Assembly: GCA_051453625.1 (NCBI GenBank)
Contig: JBOZIK010000001.1
Span: forward strand, 30,392,454-30,456,453
Reading direction: 5' to 3'
DNA: 64,000 bases
Origin: Welwitschia mirabilis
Taxonomy: Eukaryota
A model generated the notes under the pieces. The model was not told where the DNA came from. It searched no databases and worked only from the letters and a program-made list of their open reading frames with translations. The translations under genes and the position numbers were made by a program. Shown here one piece after another: positions 14,158 to 28,500 of this stretch; position 1 is the first letter of the stretch, and the number at the start of each line of letters is the position of its first letter.

Positions 14158-14796
14158 AGGCTTCTTGGAGTTTGAGGGTTGTCGTTGCTTTGGTAGGTAT
14201 TTTGGTTTAGATGCTTCCTGCAATAGTAGTGTAATAGTACTTGCATTAGTGTAGGTTTTCTATTTTTGCTGAGTCAGTTTTCTATTTTTCAAATCAAAGT
14301 CTATTTTTCTATTCTGCAATAAAAATTCCTCGTCCGCTGCATTGTCCAGACGATGTAAGGCAATGATGGACTCTGGGCCGTGAGTTATCTATTTTACCTA
14401 TTCTATTAAATTTTTAGGGTTTTAGTCCCATTGTCTCTTTGTTGTTCAGATGACTCAGATGGAGATAATCTATTTTTTGGAGTTTTTCTGTCAAGAGTCA
14501 TTTTTTCATTTCTATTTTTTACTTTTCTTTTTTTTGTGGTTTTTGTGTTTCTTTCATTCAGGATATCATCTGGACAACGACAGGGATGATACTTTTTATT
14601 GATCTGAGACTGAGCATGAATGATTAAGTCTGGTAAAAAAGAAAAATACTAGAGAGAACGACCATTAATTACTAAAAACATCAGAGAAGATTTTATAAAT
14701 CTTGAAATAGATCCAGGTAAAAATAGTGAAGGTATGTAAGATTTTGAATTTCCTGCAATTTCCACTTTTATTTCTGTAGAGTTTGATTTTGCTACC

Positions 14797-17700
14797 ATGT
14801 CGATCTCAGCCTAAAAGTTTAAGCAACCTATCTCTCCAAATTCACCCCTTATCATTGGAACCCCTACTTTCATTTCTTCTTAACCCAGTACTCATGTTAC
14901 CCTTAGAGATCTTATAGCAAACAAGAAACATAAAATCCAAACTCCTTTTGACTTACCTTCTGGTGATGATGTAGAATTTTGAAACTTGAATGCTTATCCT
15001 ACCTTTAGTGAATAACTCGATGAAGATGACTTATAACACATTACTGACATAGAAAAAATTGTCCTTACTTCTGTAAATGATAAGAAATGAATAAGTGATA
15101 GAACCTACATGATTATCTTTCCCATCACTTTGAGAAATAAAGCAAAACTTTGGCTTCGAACAATTTTCTGTAAAAGCCTTAAATATTGGAGTCAAGTTCA
15201 AGAAGCCTTCATAAATAGATTCATGAGTGAGGCCACCATCTGAAAGCATAAGAAAGAAGTTACCAAATTTTAACAGATGCCTAATGAAGACTATGCCTCT
15301 ACTTATGAATGATTCTTTATTGCTTTACATTCAAACCCCGTAGATGGCTTTTCATAAGTAGAGTTAGTTAACTATTTTTACAGTAGGTTAAACAGTTAGA
15401 TCAAGTAACTTGTAGATTTTTATTATGGAGGCAACTTATTAAATCAAACCCTAGAAGACGCTTGAAAGGTGCTAGAGGATTTGGTGGAAGTAAGTCAAAC
15501 ATGGCCTAAACCCTCACTTAGACAAAACTGAACAGTAGGCCAAATCATTAAGGACCTAAAAGAAGTAAAACATGAGAAGAATAAAACCAAAATAGAAAAT
15601 GAGCCAACTAACATCATTAAGTGTTTCACTTCTACCTTAGAGAAATACACCCAGATGATTCTTGATGCTAAAGTGGCAACAGAGAAGAGTGAAGTTATTG
15701 TTCTAACATGCGATTTATGTAAAGATAGTTATCATGTTATAAAAAATTGTCTCTTACCTCCTACCTATAAAGAAAAAATCTATGAAGAAGTTTGTGACTT
15801 TAACCAAAGACCTTCAGACTACACTCAAAATCACAACAAAAACAAGTCCAAAATTATAACTTTTAACATAGGATGAGTAAGCAACCAAATTCTAGAAATT
15901 TTCAAACACATCATCCTAAATTCAAACATTTTAGAAATAGATTTGAGCATTTAAACTTTCAATCCAATAACTCAAACAACTTGGCAAAACTTTTCAACTC
16001 CCAAAACCATAGTAATCCTCTTACAAATTCCATTGAGGAGTTGAGAAAAGCTTAAGAGAAGATAAAAATCAACCTAGAAAATCTTACGAGTATTTATAAC
16101 AAACCATGCTTGTTAAACAAGGACCACAAGGGTCTCTTACCACTCAACCTTTACCGAACCTTAACTAAGTAAGAAAAGATTATAAGATGATGATAAAAAG
16201 TGGAAGTGACATAATTTCCCCTATTCATGAGGCTTCAACTTTTTAAAGTAGAAATAATGATGAGGAAAAGAACATAGAAATCCTAGAAAACCATTCCTTC
16301 CATTCCTCACTTAGCAACAAAAAGAAATATCCTTCACAAAAAAAAACCTGCTACCTCATAGCTTGATAAGCTTAACATAAACCCCATCTTTGATGATCAT
16401 TTGAAAGCCTTAATGCAAAATGTGAGTATCAACTTACCTTTTTTAAAACTTTTACAAGAAAACTCAAGATATTCTAAGCTATGGAAAGACTTAATAAGAA
16501 GAAAATAAAAATGAACCATTCTTAATAAAGTCTTCCTAGCTCAATTTTTTAGCAACTTGGCATGCCAAAAATATCTAAATTTTAAAGATCTAAGGGTGGC
16601 AACTGTAAGTATTACTTTAGAGGGGAACTATAAAATTAAGAAAGTATTGATTGATATAGAAGCTAGTGTCAACATTATACCCTTATACATTTGTCAACAT
16701 CTTAGTTTAGAAGAAAGAATAGAGCCTGCACACATTATCATGGAGTTAGTAGATACATCTATAAAGAAATCATTAGATGTGATCAAGGACTTATTCATTC
16801 AGATAGAGGAAGCTTTTACCCCATCTATGTAGTTGTTTTAGAAGTTGAGTACCATGGTGGATATCACTTACTTCTAGTAGAGCTTTATGTACAATAGTCC
16901 ATTGCATCATAGATACAATGAAGTGCCATTTTGGTAATAAACAGTCTTCAATAAGAGTGTCTGATGTAGGAAAAAATGATTTAGAAAAATATTTGAGTTT
17001 AGAGGAGAAAATTAAGCCAACCCTATTTTTATGGCACTGTTCACTTAAGGAGAGATGGTCTATATTTCATGAGTTAACCTTATTTGATAATAAATTGAAA
17101 GTCAACTAATTTATGGTCTTAACGATTAACTTGAGTTTGACCATCTGTCAATTGAGTTTTCTGATTTGGAAAGTAATAATCTAAGCTTATAAATTGTGCT
17201 GAATTCTGAGAAATTTAAAACCCTAAGATTTCTTATTTTGAGGTTGGTCATCCACTACTAATGTCTAGACGACGATCTAAGATGATAATCATCTTTTCTG
17301 AGAATTTGCCTAAAACCAAAAGTCTAAACCTAAACCTGAATCTAAAACCCTTAGACAATGGACTAAAATACATTTTTCTGAATAGATACCTAAATAAACC
17401 ATTAATTATCAACAAAAATATTTTCCCTCAATAAGAATTTAGTCTCATCTCTCTTTTATAATTAAAGGTTTATGCATTTGCTTGGTCCCATAATGATTTG
17501 ATAGTCATACCCACTTCCATTATGCAACACAAAATATACCTCAAAGAAAATGCTAAAGCTATGAGGAAACACTAACATAGATTTAATCCAGCCTTAAAAC
17601 AAATTGTAAAAGATGAAATCATAAAACATATGATGTTATAATCATTTACTCCATTATTGCTAGTGAGTGGGTTAGTCTCCCTTGATCTGATTCTTGATAA

Positions 17701-20087
17701 GATTCAGGGTCATGCTTTTTACTATTTTCTTGATGATTATAGTGATTACAATCATGTTTGCATTACCAGTGAGGACTAAGTCAAAACTACTTTCACTTCT
17801 CCTTTTGATACCTTTGCTTTTATATGCATGACTTTTGGACTTTGTAATGCTCCAGGTACTTTTTAGCGTGCCATGATGGGTATATTTTCTGATATGCTTG
17901 AGGATTTCATTGATAATTTTATGGATGATTTCTCTATTAATGCTGAAATTTAAACAAATCTTATATTATTTAGAAAAAGTTTTAGATCAATGCATTTCTA
18001 GTGGCTTCTACTTGAGTTGGAAAAAGAGTCATTTTCTTATAGAGAGTAGAATTAGTTTAGGTCACCATATTTCTCAAGAGGGGATTAGGATGAATGCTTT
18101 TAAAAGTTGGTATTATTTAAAGTCTTAGTCCTCCTACAAATGTTAAATAGGTTTGATCTTATCTTAGTCATTGTGGTTTTTACTATTAGTTCATTCATGA
18201 TCATACTTCTATTTATAAACCCCTTTCCTCATTACTAGAGAAAGATGTCAAATCTGAATGGAATGGATCTTATTAACTTGCTTTAGATAAGATTCAACAT
18301 AAATTCTCTTATGCTCCTATATTAATGAGACCCAATTGGATGCTTGATTTTGAGCTTATGTATGATGAAGTAACTTTGTTGTGGGTGGGGTTCTTTGTTA
18401 AAATTATGAGAATGATTTTAAACCTATATCTTACCATAGTAAATCTTTGTCTAGAGCTCTGATGAACAACACCACTATATAGAGAGAGATGCTAGCTTTT
18501 ATCTTTTGCCTTGATTTTCTTAGACATTATCTTTTAGGATTTTAGATAAATGTTTATACCAATCATGCTGTCATTCGTTACCTCATGACTAAAACATATT
18601 CTAGTTCCCATTTGATTAGAAGAATCTTCTTATACAAGAGTTTAATTTGACCATCATAGATAAAGTAAGGAAGTATAATTCTATTGTTGATCATTTGTCT
18701 CTACTTCTTTCTCCTCTAGATTATATTATCATTGATGATTCCTTTCCTGACGAGTAGATTTTAGCTATCTCTTCTTCCTATTCTTCTTCATAGTATGCCG
18801 ACATTGTAAACTATTTTATAACTATGAAAACATTACAACATTGGGCTTATAACCAACATAAATCTTTTCTCCATTATATAGGTAACTATGAGTGAATCGA
18901 GCCACATTTGTACCATAGGTACAAAGATAAAATTATAAAAAAATATGTGCCTAATTAGGAAATACCTAAGATTATTCATCTTTATTACAATGATTTTTAT
19001 GAAGGACATTTTAGTGGACATAAAACTGCCATGAAAATCCTTTATTCTAGTTTTTATTGGCCTTCTCTTTTTTATGATTCGTTTGATTTTGTTAAAAGGT
19101 GTAATTCTTATTAGAGTTACAGTGCCTTATTCATTAATGAGAAATGTCCCTTAGACTTATTCTTAATGTGAGCCTTTTAATTGTTGGAGTATTGATTTCA
19201 TAGGTCCTATTCACCCACATTCTTTTAATAAAAATTACATTTTAGTGGTTGTTAATTACATGACTAAATTGGTTGAAGCCATACTCACTTCTTTCAGTAA
19301 TATCTAAACTATCTGTTATTTTATTAGAACTCATATCTTTCAGAGATTTGGTTTTCCTAGCATCATCATTAATGATTAAGATACTCATTTCATTAATGCA
19401 CTTTTTAAAAAACTTCTTCTGTTCATTGGTATTGAACATAGAATAGCTTGTACTTATCATCCTCATACTAATGGATAGGCTGAAAATGCCAATAGATAAA
19501 TAAAGAAAATGCTCCAAAAACTTATCTCTGCTAATAAAAAGTCTTAATCTTCTAAGCTTAATGATTTACTTTGGGCTTATCATACTACTTGACATACTTC
19601 TCTTAGTTTTTTATTTTACGAACTTATTTACGGTAAAGTTTATGTCTTACTGGTTGATGATTGTTATAATTTTTATCATGCATCTCATCAACTTAATCTT
19701 TTGAATTTTGATGAAAATATTAAGTATAAATTAGCCCAATTAGATCATCTTGATGAAAAAAGAACTAGTGCCATACATCGTCAATCAATTCATAAAGCCC
19801 AAGTAAAGTTCAAACATGATAAAAGGATCTTTTATAAGAAGTTTGAACTCAATTAACTTGTCTTGTTATATAACACTAGAGTTTACCTTTTGAATAACAA
19901 GTTAAACTTTAAATGGTTAGGTCCTTATCTTGTAGAAAAAGTACATTTTAATGTCTCAATTGGAATTTTAGATTTAGAAACTAGAGAGATTTAAAAGGTT
20001 AATGTAGAACGGTTGAAATTATATGAGGAATATTTAAATACAACTATGAACATAGTAGAAGCACTTATTTTAGAGGTTTCTCTTGGT
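14797..20087 (+). pseudogene. Degenerate Athila gag-pol, copy 2
   Basis: Colinear with 2565-9070. FMDD at ~17918; an internal RT deletion at ~17680 joins WVS to the ILDKIQGH region; ends at an N gap. Confidence 0.92.
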
Positions 20088-20187
20088 NNNNNNNNNNNNN
20101 NNNNNNNNNNNNNNNNNNNNNNNNNNNNNNNNNNNNNNNNNNNNNNNNNNNNNNNNNNNNNNNNNNNNNNNNNNNNNNNNNNNNNNN

Positions 20188-20274
20188 ATTTAGGTTACTC
20201 CCATCTATATTAGTGTGTTATGTTTGTGCATATTATTTGTAGTTAACAGGACTCTAATCAAGACATAAACACTA
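20188..20274 (+). repeat. 3' fragment of the Athila LTR (3' LTR of copy 2), truncated
   Basis: Matches 14030-14115, with the first ~53 bp identical; lacks the last ~20 bp of the LTR. Confidence 0.85.
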
Positions 20275-20275
20275 T

Positions 20276-21876
20276 CCCTAATCTTTAAGAGTGAAGAATA
20301 AACTCATGAAGAAACCAATGAGGAAATATATGATAACCTTGAGTCTAAAAATGCATTATAAACTAAATAGTTATATGCAAGAAGGGTATACTTTGATGTG
20401 GGATTAAACATATCAGATGATGCGAAATCCTTAGGAAATAAGCAAGTATTTAAGAAAGTCTAGATCTTATAGAGTTACAAAGTAAAGGATAAGTTATTAA
20501 GCAACATCAATAGTGAGAACATTCAATTACAATTAGTGTCACTTAAGCAACCACATAAGAAGGAATCCCTTAACAATATTAATAAATAGGAGAACATTAG
20601 CAAAGAGTCCATACATCTTTGATCCTTTGAAGAACGTTTGTTTTTTTTTCTCAACAACTTCATGATCCAACTATTTTATATTCACCTTTATCTACTAAGT
20701 AAGATTCAAGCTTAATTAATAATATAAACCTTCTTTATAACTGGAACTAGCTTTCAAAGATCTTATACATAATTTTTCCATTAAAAATTTATCTTATTAA
20801 GTAATTTTCAATCCATCTTTGTCTTCCTCTTAAAGTGATGTCTTGCATGAGTTATTGAATGAACATACATAAGCTAAAGAATGGACTATTTCTAATTTAA
20901 AATGCATAAACATTTTTTCTTGTATAGTGTTGTTTCTAATTTTATGGACTCTTGCATAAAAATCTATATGGATTCTCTTCCATTTTAAATGCTTTATAAA
21001 ATTTTGAACCATCCAACTTGTATTTCCACACTCTTGAGCCTTTACACATATAACACCTTGGAATATTTTTAATTTTACTTTATGCTTTTAGATTAGATTT
21101 TTCTTGTAGGATAGATTTTTCTTTTAGACTAGATTTAGTTTTAAAAAAATAAAAATGCTAAAAAAAATTGTGCTTAATGGTCTCTCTTACCTAAAACCTT
21201 TTAAGTACTATCACTTGTACAATCATTGCCTTAAACCCTTTCACTTAAAAAAATCTTATATTTCATTTCCTTAAGCCATTTCATACATCAAATATGTCTT
21301 TAAACCATCTCATTAAGCTACAAATCATGCTAGCTAGCCATTTACTTATGAATTCATGAGACCTACATACTAAGGTTATTGGCTTTTAACAAAAACCAAT
21401 AACAAGATATCTCCTTATCACTCAAGTAATGGTTGTAATTGAGTATATTTATGGGTTTCAAGAAAACGTGATACCTATATTAACAATGATTATTAAAGTT
21501 ATGTTCACTTAAGGTCTTCGATTATAGTAAAACATGGCTAAGAAAAGTGGAATCTACCTTGATAGTATGTTTCTTATGTCTAAAGCTTTTGATGGGGACA
21601 AGATTCTTGTAATTAGGCTAATGAGCCAATGACCCTTTAAATGTGCATAAAAAATGAATATGAGAAGAGAATAAAAAGAAAAATAATATCTCTTTTCTAA
21701 ATACACATCTTATTAATCACTTAATTAGGTTTACTTAACTGCACCAGGGCCATGAATTCTCACCAGTAATGTAGCTCTAATGATTTAATTATGATATAAT
21801 CAACAGAACTTGGGCTATAAATGCTTGCTAGCATTGCAGAATTGATTTATTCATAAAACAACATGCTTAACTCTAT
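20276..21876 (+). repeat. 1.6-kb displaced duplicate of 26942-28554
   Basis: Colinear, highly similar copy from ccctaat..ttaagagtga to acatg.ttaactctatt. Confidence 0.93.
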
Positions 21877-23759
21877 TTTTAAAATAGATTCTATCACAAA
21901 AAATTATAGACATAATAATTAATTTAGAAAGGTTAGAAGTATGTAAGGATTTTAATTTATTGTTAAAAGACAAAATGTTGATTTAGATTAAGTAATGTTA
22001 AATACCATGTCTTTTAATTACATCCACTTGAAATACATGTTTATCATCTTTACTTACTTTCTATTAGCTAGATCTTAACCTATTTTTAAAACAAAAATGG
22101 ATTTTTATTAGCATGTTTTAATGGATAAAATATTTCAAACCTTCATAAGTATATGTATGGCTCTAAGAATCAAAGATGAAGCTAGTGCTACATCATCTTG
22201 GTTTGACATAGCTATGGGCATCGACCATTTCCAATGTTGTGAATTATCTAGCTATAAACATGTGTTGTTCGATAAAGGTAGGTTGTGGTTAAAGGTCACT
22301 GTCAAACTAAAGTTAGTAAGTGACAAGGTCATGGTGAGGACTTATAACTACTTATATGATTACCACATCAGTGTGTACATTATTATCAAAAATATGGAAC
22401 CAGGAAAAGTATTCTCTAGAAATTTAAACTAAGAAAAACTTATCTAAAAATAGAATACTCTGGAAAAAACACTAATAAGGAGTTTTTGGAGAAGGGGATT
22501 GTTTCTAAAGAAACCATTCATTTTCATTTTTTAGATGTTTTTTTTAAATAGACAAATAATCCATGTGAAAGTTATGAAGTAACCAATAATTGATATCTTA
22601 GTAAAACTTAGTAATCAGCTGTGAAAATTCCTTTAACAATTTACTATTGTGCTATTGAGTATTCTTGTAACTAGTAGAGAAAGCCAATGAGCATAAGTGA
22701 ACAAAGTATCAAGGTAAGTAACTAGCTAGCACTATGACACCGCAGTAATAGCCCCAAATGACTACCCACCTAGTGCTTCTAGAAATCTAGATAGATACAC
22801 CCTATTCCACCACACTTATTGCACTATAGTATTAGACAATTCATGATTCTACACTAAGAAAAGGAAAATATTCAAATCCAAAATGAATTTATCAAAAAAA
22901 TAAGAAATGATGTTGTAAATGTTAATCTTATTCTAGAAGTTATTCAATTTTCTTTCTTCAAGAGTGGAAAATGGAATTAAAGTAATATTAATCAACATTT
23001 CTTTATTTTTCTTACCTAATTCTTTTAGATAAGATTACACTAATGATACTAGCCCATGTATCCTTCTCTCTTTTAATGATTTATCTAAATTTAATACTTA
23101 AGTAGTTGCAATTTCATATCTATCATCAACGACAAAAAAGGGTATACAAGAAATTGTATATGATATTGAAATTTTTTTACAATCACAAATATTTTTAATA
23201 ATTATAGAAAATTTATGATCTAGAATTATCTAATATGTTAGAACTCGGTTTTTACCTAGCATTGATAAATGCTTCATTAATTAATGAAACCTAGAATTGA
23301 TAAATATTGCATTAATTAATAATTGGGAAGTTTAACATTAGGGAAAGAATTAAAATAAGTTTGATTATCATTAATGATAAAGGAAAATATTTTTCAGATC
23401 CAAATCATTTATTGATGAATAATCAAATTATGATTAAGAATATTAATAGAGCTAGAATAAGAATAAAATTAATCAAACAAACTCATAGAGGATAATGTTA
23501 AGGAACAACTTGTTGAAACCTAGGCTTTTGAGAAATCCATCAATTCACAAACTATGCTCGAGGAGATTGTCTTAGTCTATATAAGAATCTTTATTAATTT
23601 GAAGACTTTTATTTGATAGCTTTTGATTTTAAAGTATTTAGATTTAGTTATGCAGCTTTCTTCTTCAAGGTCTTTGTTTAAGAATGTAGATTTAATGTCA
23701 ATCTAGAATATGCTCTAATTAAATTAAACTAATAAATAAAGAATAACTCATATTTTATA

Positions 23760-24174
23760 TATCTATTTGTCTTGGTTATATTCAATATAAAATAACAATT
23801 TTCTATCAATTAGCTTCTTAGTTTATTTGTTGAGTTTCTAAGTTGAATTCTTTATGAGAATATAATATTTCTTTTACATTTCCTTTTCACTTTAGATTTT
23901 CAAGTGCTTTCTTTTATAGTGGTTACCTCTTTATCACTTTTTTCATTAACATTAAAAATAAATTCTCAACCACTTCATGTGGTTTGATTAGAATTTTATT
24001 TTATTAGAATTCTCTTATCTTTGATTTATAATAAATAAAAAACTTATCTATCCTAATATATAATTTTTGTTGTGGTATTTAAGATAGGGATCTCTTCATC
24101 ACATTCTTCTATGATAGTCACAATTTACTCTTTACTATTGATATGATTTATTATTTTAATGATCTAAGGATTTG
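23760..24174 (-). pseudogene. Very degenerate Ty1/copia fragment (post-integrase/RT start), left part
   Basis: Continues the copia remnant at 30772-31900 across the ATATC TSD; only faint motif traces remain. Confidence 0.4.
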
Positions 24175-24179
24175 ATATC

Positions 24180-25511
24180 TATTAACATTTAAAAAGAATA
24201 TTTATATCAAGTGTTTTAGAATAATTTATTAAAAATGAAGACATTAATTTAGTTATTTTAATTATTAAATATTTCTTCTATTATTTAAACTTAATTTTAT
24301 ACTTTTCTCTATAATAATTATACATATTTAGCCATGTTTTGGAATACATGGTAGACAATGGACATAACTTTACAGAAAACAATGATGGAAATGGAGATAT
24401 GAGATAGTGACACATAGCAGTAGCATTGAAAGACGTGTCAAAGGCATGTAAAGTGGAATTAGAGACAGGTGACAATAGCATCAATCGGTATAGGAGTCTA
24501 ACTATAAAGGACACATGTTGGACTCATCATGATGAAGGTTTTACCTAAATACTATATGATACTCTCCACCAAATACTACAAGATAACCTTTACCAAATGC
24601 TAAATGATGAAGATTCTACCTACCACTATAGGATAGAATATTATCTACCCAACACTATAAGAAAACCTCCATCAAATTCTATAGAATAGAATCTTATCTA
24701 CCAAATGCTAAAACATGAAGATTATACATAATGATACAAGCCAAAGGGTCTCTATCATCTTAATCCTACCCTCACCTATAAAAAGGCCTTAAGCCCTTAT
24801 TTATAAACATTATTTATTTTGGTTAAGTAGTAGAGCTCTTGGAATATTAGGTAGGCATGGCCTTCTGAGCATTTTCTTTGAAGAGTGGGCTTGTTTCAAG
24901 GATAGATTAAGGAATCTTATTTAGCTTCCTTCTCTTTTGATGTAATATATGTATTTTTGATTCAATACAAGTATATTTTCATTTTGATTTCAAGTCATAA
25001 ATAACTTCATACCTTTAATGCTTAATAAATCTATGCTATTAAGTCCTTTTATTAATCAATTAAGTTTATTAGTTAATTAGCCTATGTATTCTTTAATTTG
25101 ATATATTTTGAATACATTAAGTTCTTATTTTTCATGTTTATTTAGGATTATGAAGGACCAAATGACTTTTGAATCCATTAACTCTTATACAGTAAATGAG
25201 ATTATGTCATCATTACCTAAGTCATTATTACTTGATAATTTGAAGTGTGTTTTAGGAAAAGTATAGGATATCATTGGATTAAAAGATATGTGGTAAATAA
25301 GTTAGGTGTGGAGTTTATTTAGTTCCCTACATTTCCAATGAAGTTTTAAAACCAATTCTCAACTCTCTTCATTTTTTTGTTTCTTTTAATTATCAGTTAT
25401 AAGTTAAGCAAGTGTTGTATAAATTATAAAAACCTACCTAATTATTCTTATGAAAGAACGAGAGTAGGTTCTTACCTAGTTTAAATTTGGTTCATTGTAC
25501 TCAAATGAATA
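24180..25511 (+). repeat. 5' LTR of the LARD-like element
   Basis: Aligns along its length with 29341-30766; contains short tandem ccaaatgcta-type units. Confidence 0.85.
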
Positions 25512-28500
25512 GATTTTGGCACTTTTTCAAGGGATAATGGCATAGTAGCTACTCAAAAAGAGCATAAATTTTAGTTTCTTGCAAGATTTTCAATTCAGTT
25601 TTTGTTTTTCCATTGGTGTATATTGGTCCACTCTAGTGATACTGAACCTAGTTTAATTTCTTTTTATTTGATGTGTTTTTTTTTAATTTCTGTCTAGTGG
25701 TTAGTACTAGTCATTTTTAATGATATCCAAATTGATATAGTTTAGAGATTTCTTTAGTTTTTCTCCTCTAACTTGATCTACATTTCATATTAAAAATGTA
25801 TGTCGCAAGTTTAACAAAGCTTTTATAGGTTGCAACCAAAGAAACAAAAATTAGATTTAAACTTTAACATTTTTATGTATTCTATTTTCTATAAAAAAAA
25901 TTTTATAATGTGTTGTTTTTGTTATGTCTTTTCATAAAGTTGTAAAACTAAAAAAAAATTAAGGTCTATTTTTCTAGGTTGTATTTTTTAAATTTGTAGT
26001 CAATTTAATTTTTTGTTAAGTTTCTATGAGGATCCATAACATGAAATGCTTTACGTAGTTGAAGCTATAATTCTTCTATTTTTTTCAAATAATTTCTTTA
26101 AAAATGATTAGCATTTCCATGTATAGTAATCAATACCGCTAGCATTTTTGTGAGCTTTGCACTTAAATTTTATCTCTTAACATTTTTTGATATTAATCCT
26201 CTTCTAAAATATTAACAGTTATGAAAACATAATCCTCTAGTTAAATTTTTAGTCTATTCTCTAAAACTTAATATGGGTTAGAAACATAATTCCTTTGGAA
26301 GACTGGATAAAAGTACCTTCTAAACTCCACTATGCTAATGGAAATTATGAAAATCCCTATGACTTACCTAATTACATGTAACCTAAAACAACCCCTAGAA
26401 TTTTAAATCCCAAGATCCTTCTAACACTATGAAAATCTTGGAAGAATATCTTAAAATCTTATAATCCCCTCCATATAGATCATTCTCTTTATAACCTTGA
26501 GTCTAAAAATCATTATTTTGAATAAAGAGTATTCGATCCTATGCATTTCACTACCCCTCACAATCCTTACCTTCATCATTCTTTCCATATTCTTCATCAT
26601 TTGATTAATACTCTCTATTTTTCTATTCTCAATAGCCTTTTTTAAAATTATTAGAAGATACCCTACAAAATTTCTTAAAAAGTATTATCTAACTTTATTC
26701 TAGCATATCTTTTTCATAATCATCTTTACATTTTCTAAAAGAAAATATTGAATGAATCATAGAATCTGAAAAGAAAACCATGAAAAATCTTGAGAAAATT
26801 CTTTAATAAGTAATCTAATTCAATACTTAAATCACTAGTATTCTTAAACAATAAAAATAGAATGATATTCCAACATTTTAGAAACTTAAGAGTCTTTAAA
26901 ACCTTGAAATAAATAAGGGTAGTAAAATTAATGATACCTAACCCTAATATTTAAGAGTGAGGAAGAAACTCATGAAGAAACTAATGAGGAAATATATGAG
27001 AACCTTGAGTTTAAAAATGCATTAGAAAGTAAATAGTTATATTCAAGAAGGGTATACTTTGATGTGGGATTAAACATATCAGATGATGAGAAATCCTTAG
27101 GAAATAAGCAACTATTTATGAAAGTTTAGATCTTATAGAGTTACAAAATAAAGGATGAGTCATTAAGTAACATTAATAATGAGAATGTCCAATTACGATT
27201 AGTGTCACTTAAGCAACCATGTAAGAAGAAATCCTTTAACAATCTTAATGAAGAGGAGAACATTAGTAAAGAGTCCATACATCTTTTGTCCTTTGAAGAA
27301 TGTTTTTTTTTTCTTTTTTTTTTTTTCCAACAACTTCATGATCTAACTATTTTATCTTCACCTTTATCAACTAAATAAGACTCAAGCTTAATTAATAATA
27401 TAAACCTTTTTTATAATTGAAACCATCTTTTAAAGATCTTATACATAATTTTTCCATTAAAAATTTATCTTATTAAGTAATTTCCAATCCATCTCTGTCT
27501 TCCTCTCAAAGTGATGTCTTGCATGAGTTATTGAATGAACATACATAAGCTAAAGAATGGACTATTTCTAATTTTAAATGCATAAACATTTTTTATTGTA
27601 TTAGTGTTGTTTCTAATTCATGAACTCTTGCATAAAAATCTATATGGATTCTCTTCAATTTTAAAATGCTTTGCAAAATTTTGAATCATCCAACTTTATT
27701 TCCACGTTCTTGAGCCTTTACACATGTAATACCTTGAAATATTTTTAGTTTTATTTTATGCTTTTAGATTAGATTTTTCTTGTAGGATAGATGTTTCTTT
27801 TAGACTATATTTAGTTTTAAAAAAATAAAAATTCTAAAAACATTTATGCTTAATGGTCTCTCTTACCTAAAACCTTCTAAGTACTATCACTTGTACAATC
27901 ATTGCCTTAAACCCTTTCACTTAAAAAAATATTAAATTTTATTTCCTTAAGTCATTTCATGCATCAAATATGTCTTTAAACCATCTCATTAAGCTACAAA
28001 TCATGCTCACTAGCCATTTACTTATGAATTCATGAGACCTACATACTAAGGTTATTGGCTTTTAACAAAAATTAATAACAAAATATGTCCTTATCACTCA
28101 AGTAATTGTTGTAATTGAGTATATTTATGGGTTTCAAGAAAAAATAACACCTATATTAACTCTGATTATTAAAGTTATGTTCACTTAAGATCTTAGATTA
28201 TAGTAAAACGTGGCTAAGAAAAGTGGGATCTACCTTGATAGTATGTTTCTTATGTTTAAAGCTTTTGATGGGGACTAGATTCTTGTAATTAGGCTAATGA
28301 GCCAATGACCCTTTAAATGTGCATAAAAAATGAATATAAGAAGAAAAATAAAATGAAAAATAATACCTCTTCTCCAAATGCACATCTCATTAATCACTTA
28401 ATTAGGTTTACTTAACTGGACCAGGGCTATGAATGCTCACTAGTAATGTAGTTCTAATGATTTAATTATGATATAATCAACTAAACTTGGGCTATAAATG

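Noticed and set aside
22121-22830. 103-aa ORF and a minus-strand CNKCGGIG motif
   Set aside because: No recognisable domain and surrounded by stops; cannot be supported.
23390-23575. Possible copia RNase H end plus PPT (gaggagat-tgt) on the plus strand
   Set aside because: Too degenerate to call.
24540-24740. CRISPR-like repeat spacing
   Set aside because: Degenerate tandem units without unique spacers, inside a plant LTR.
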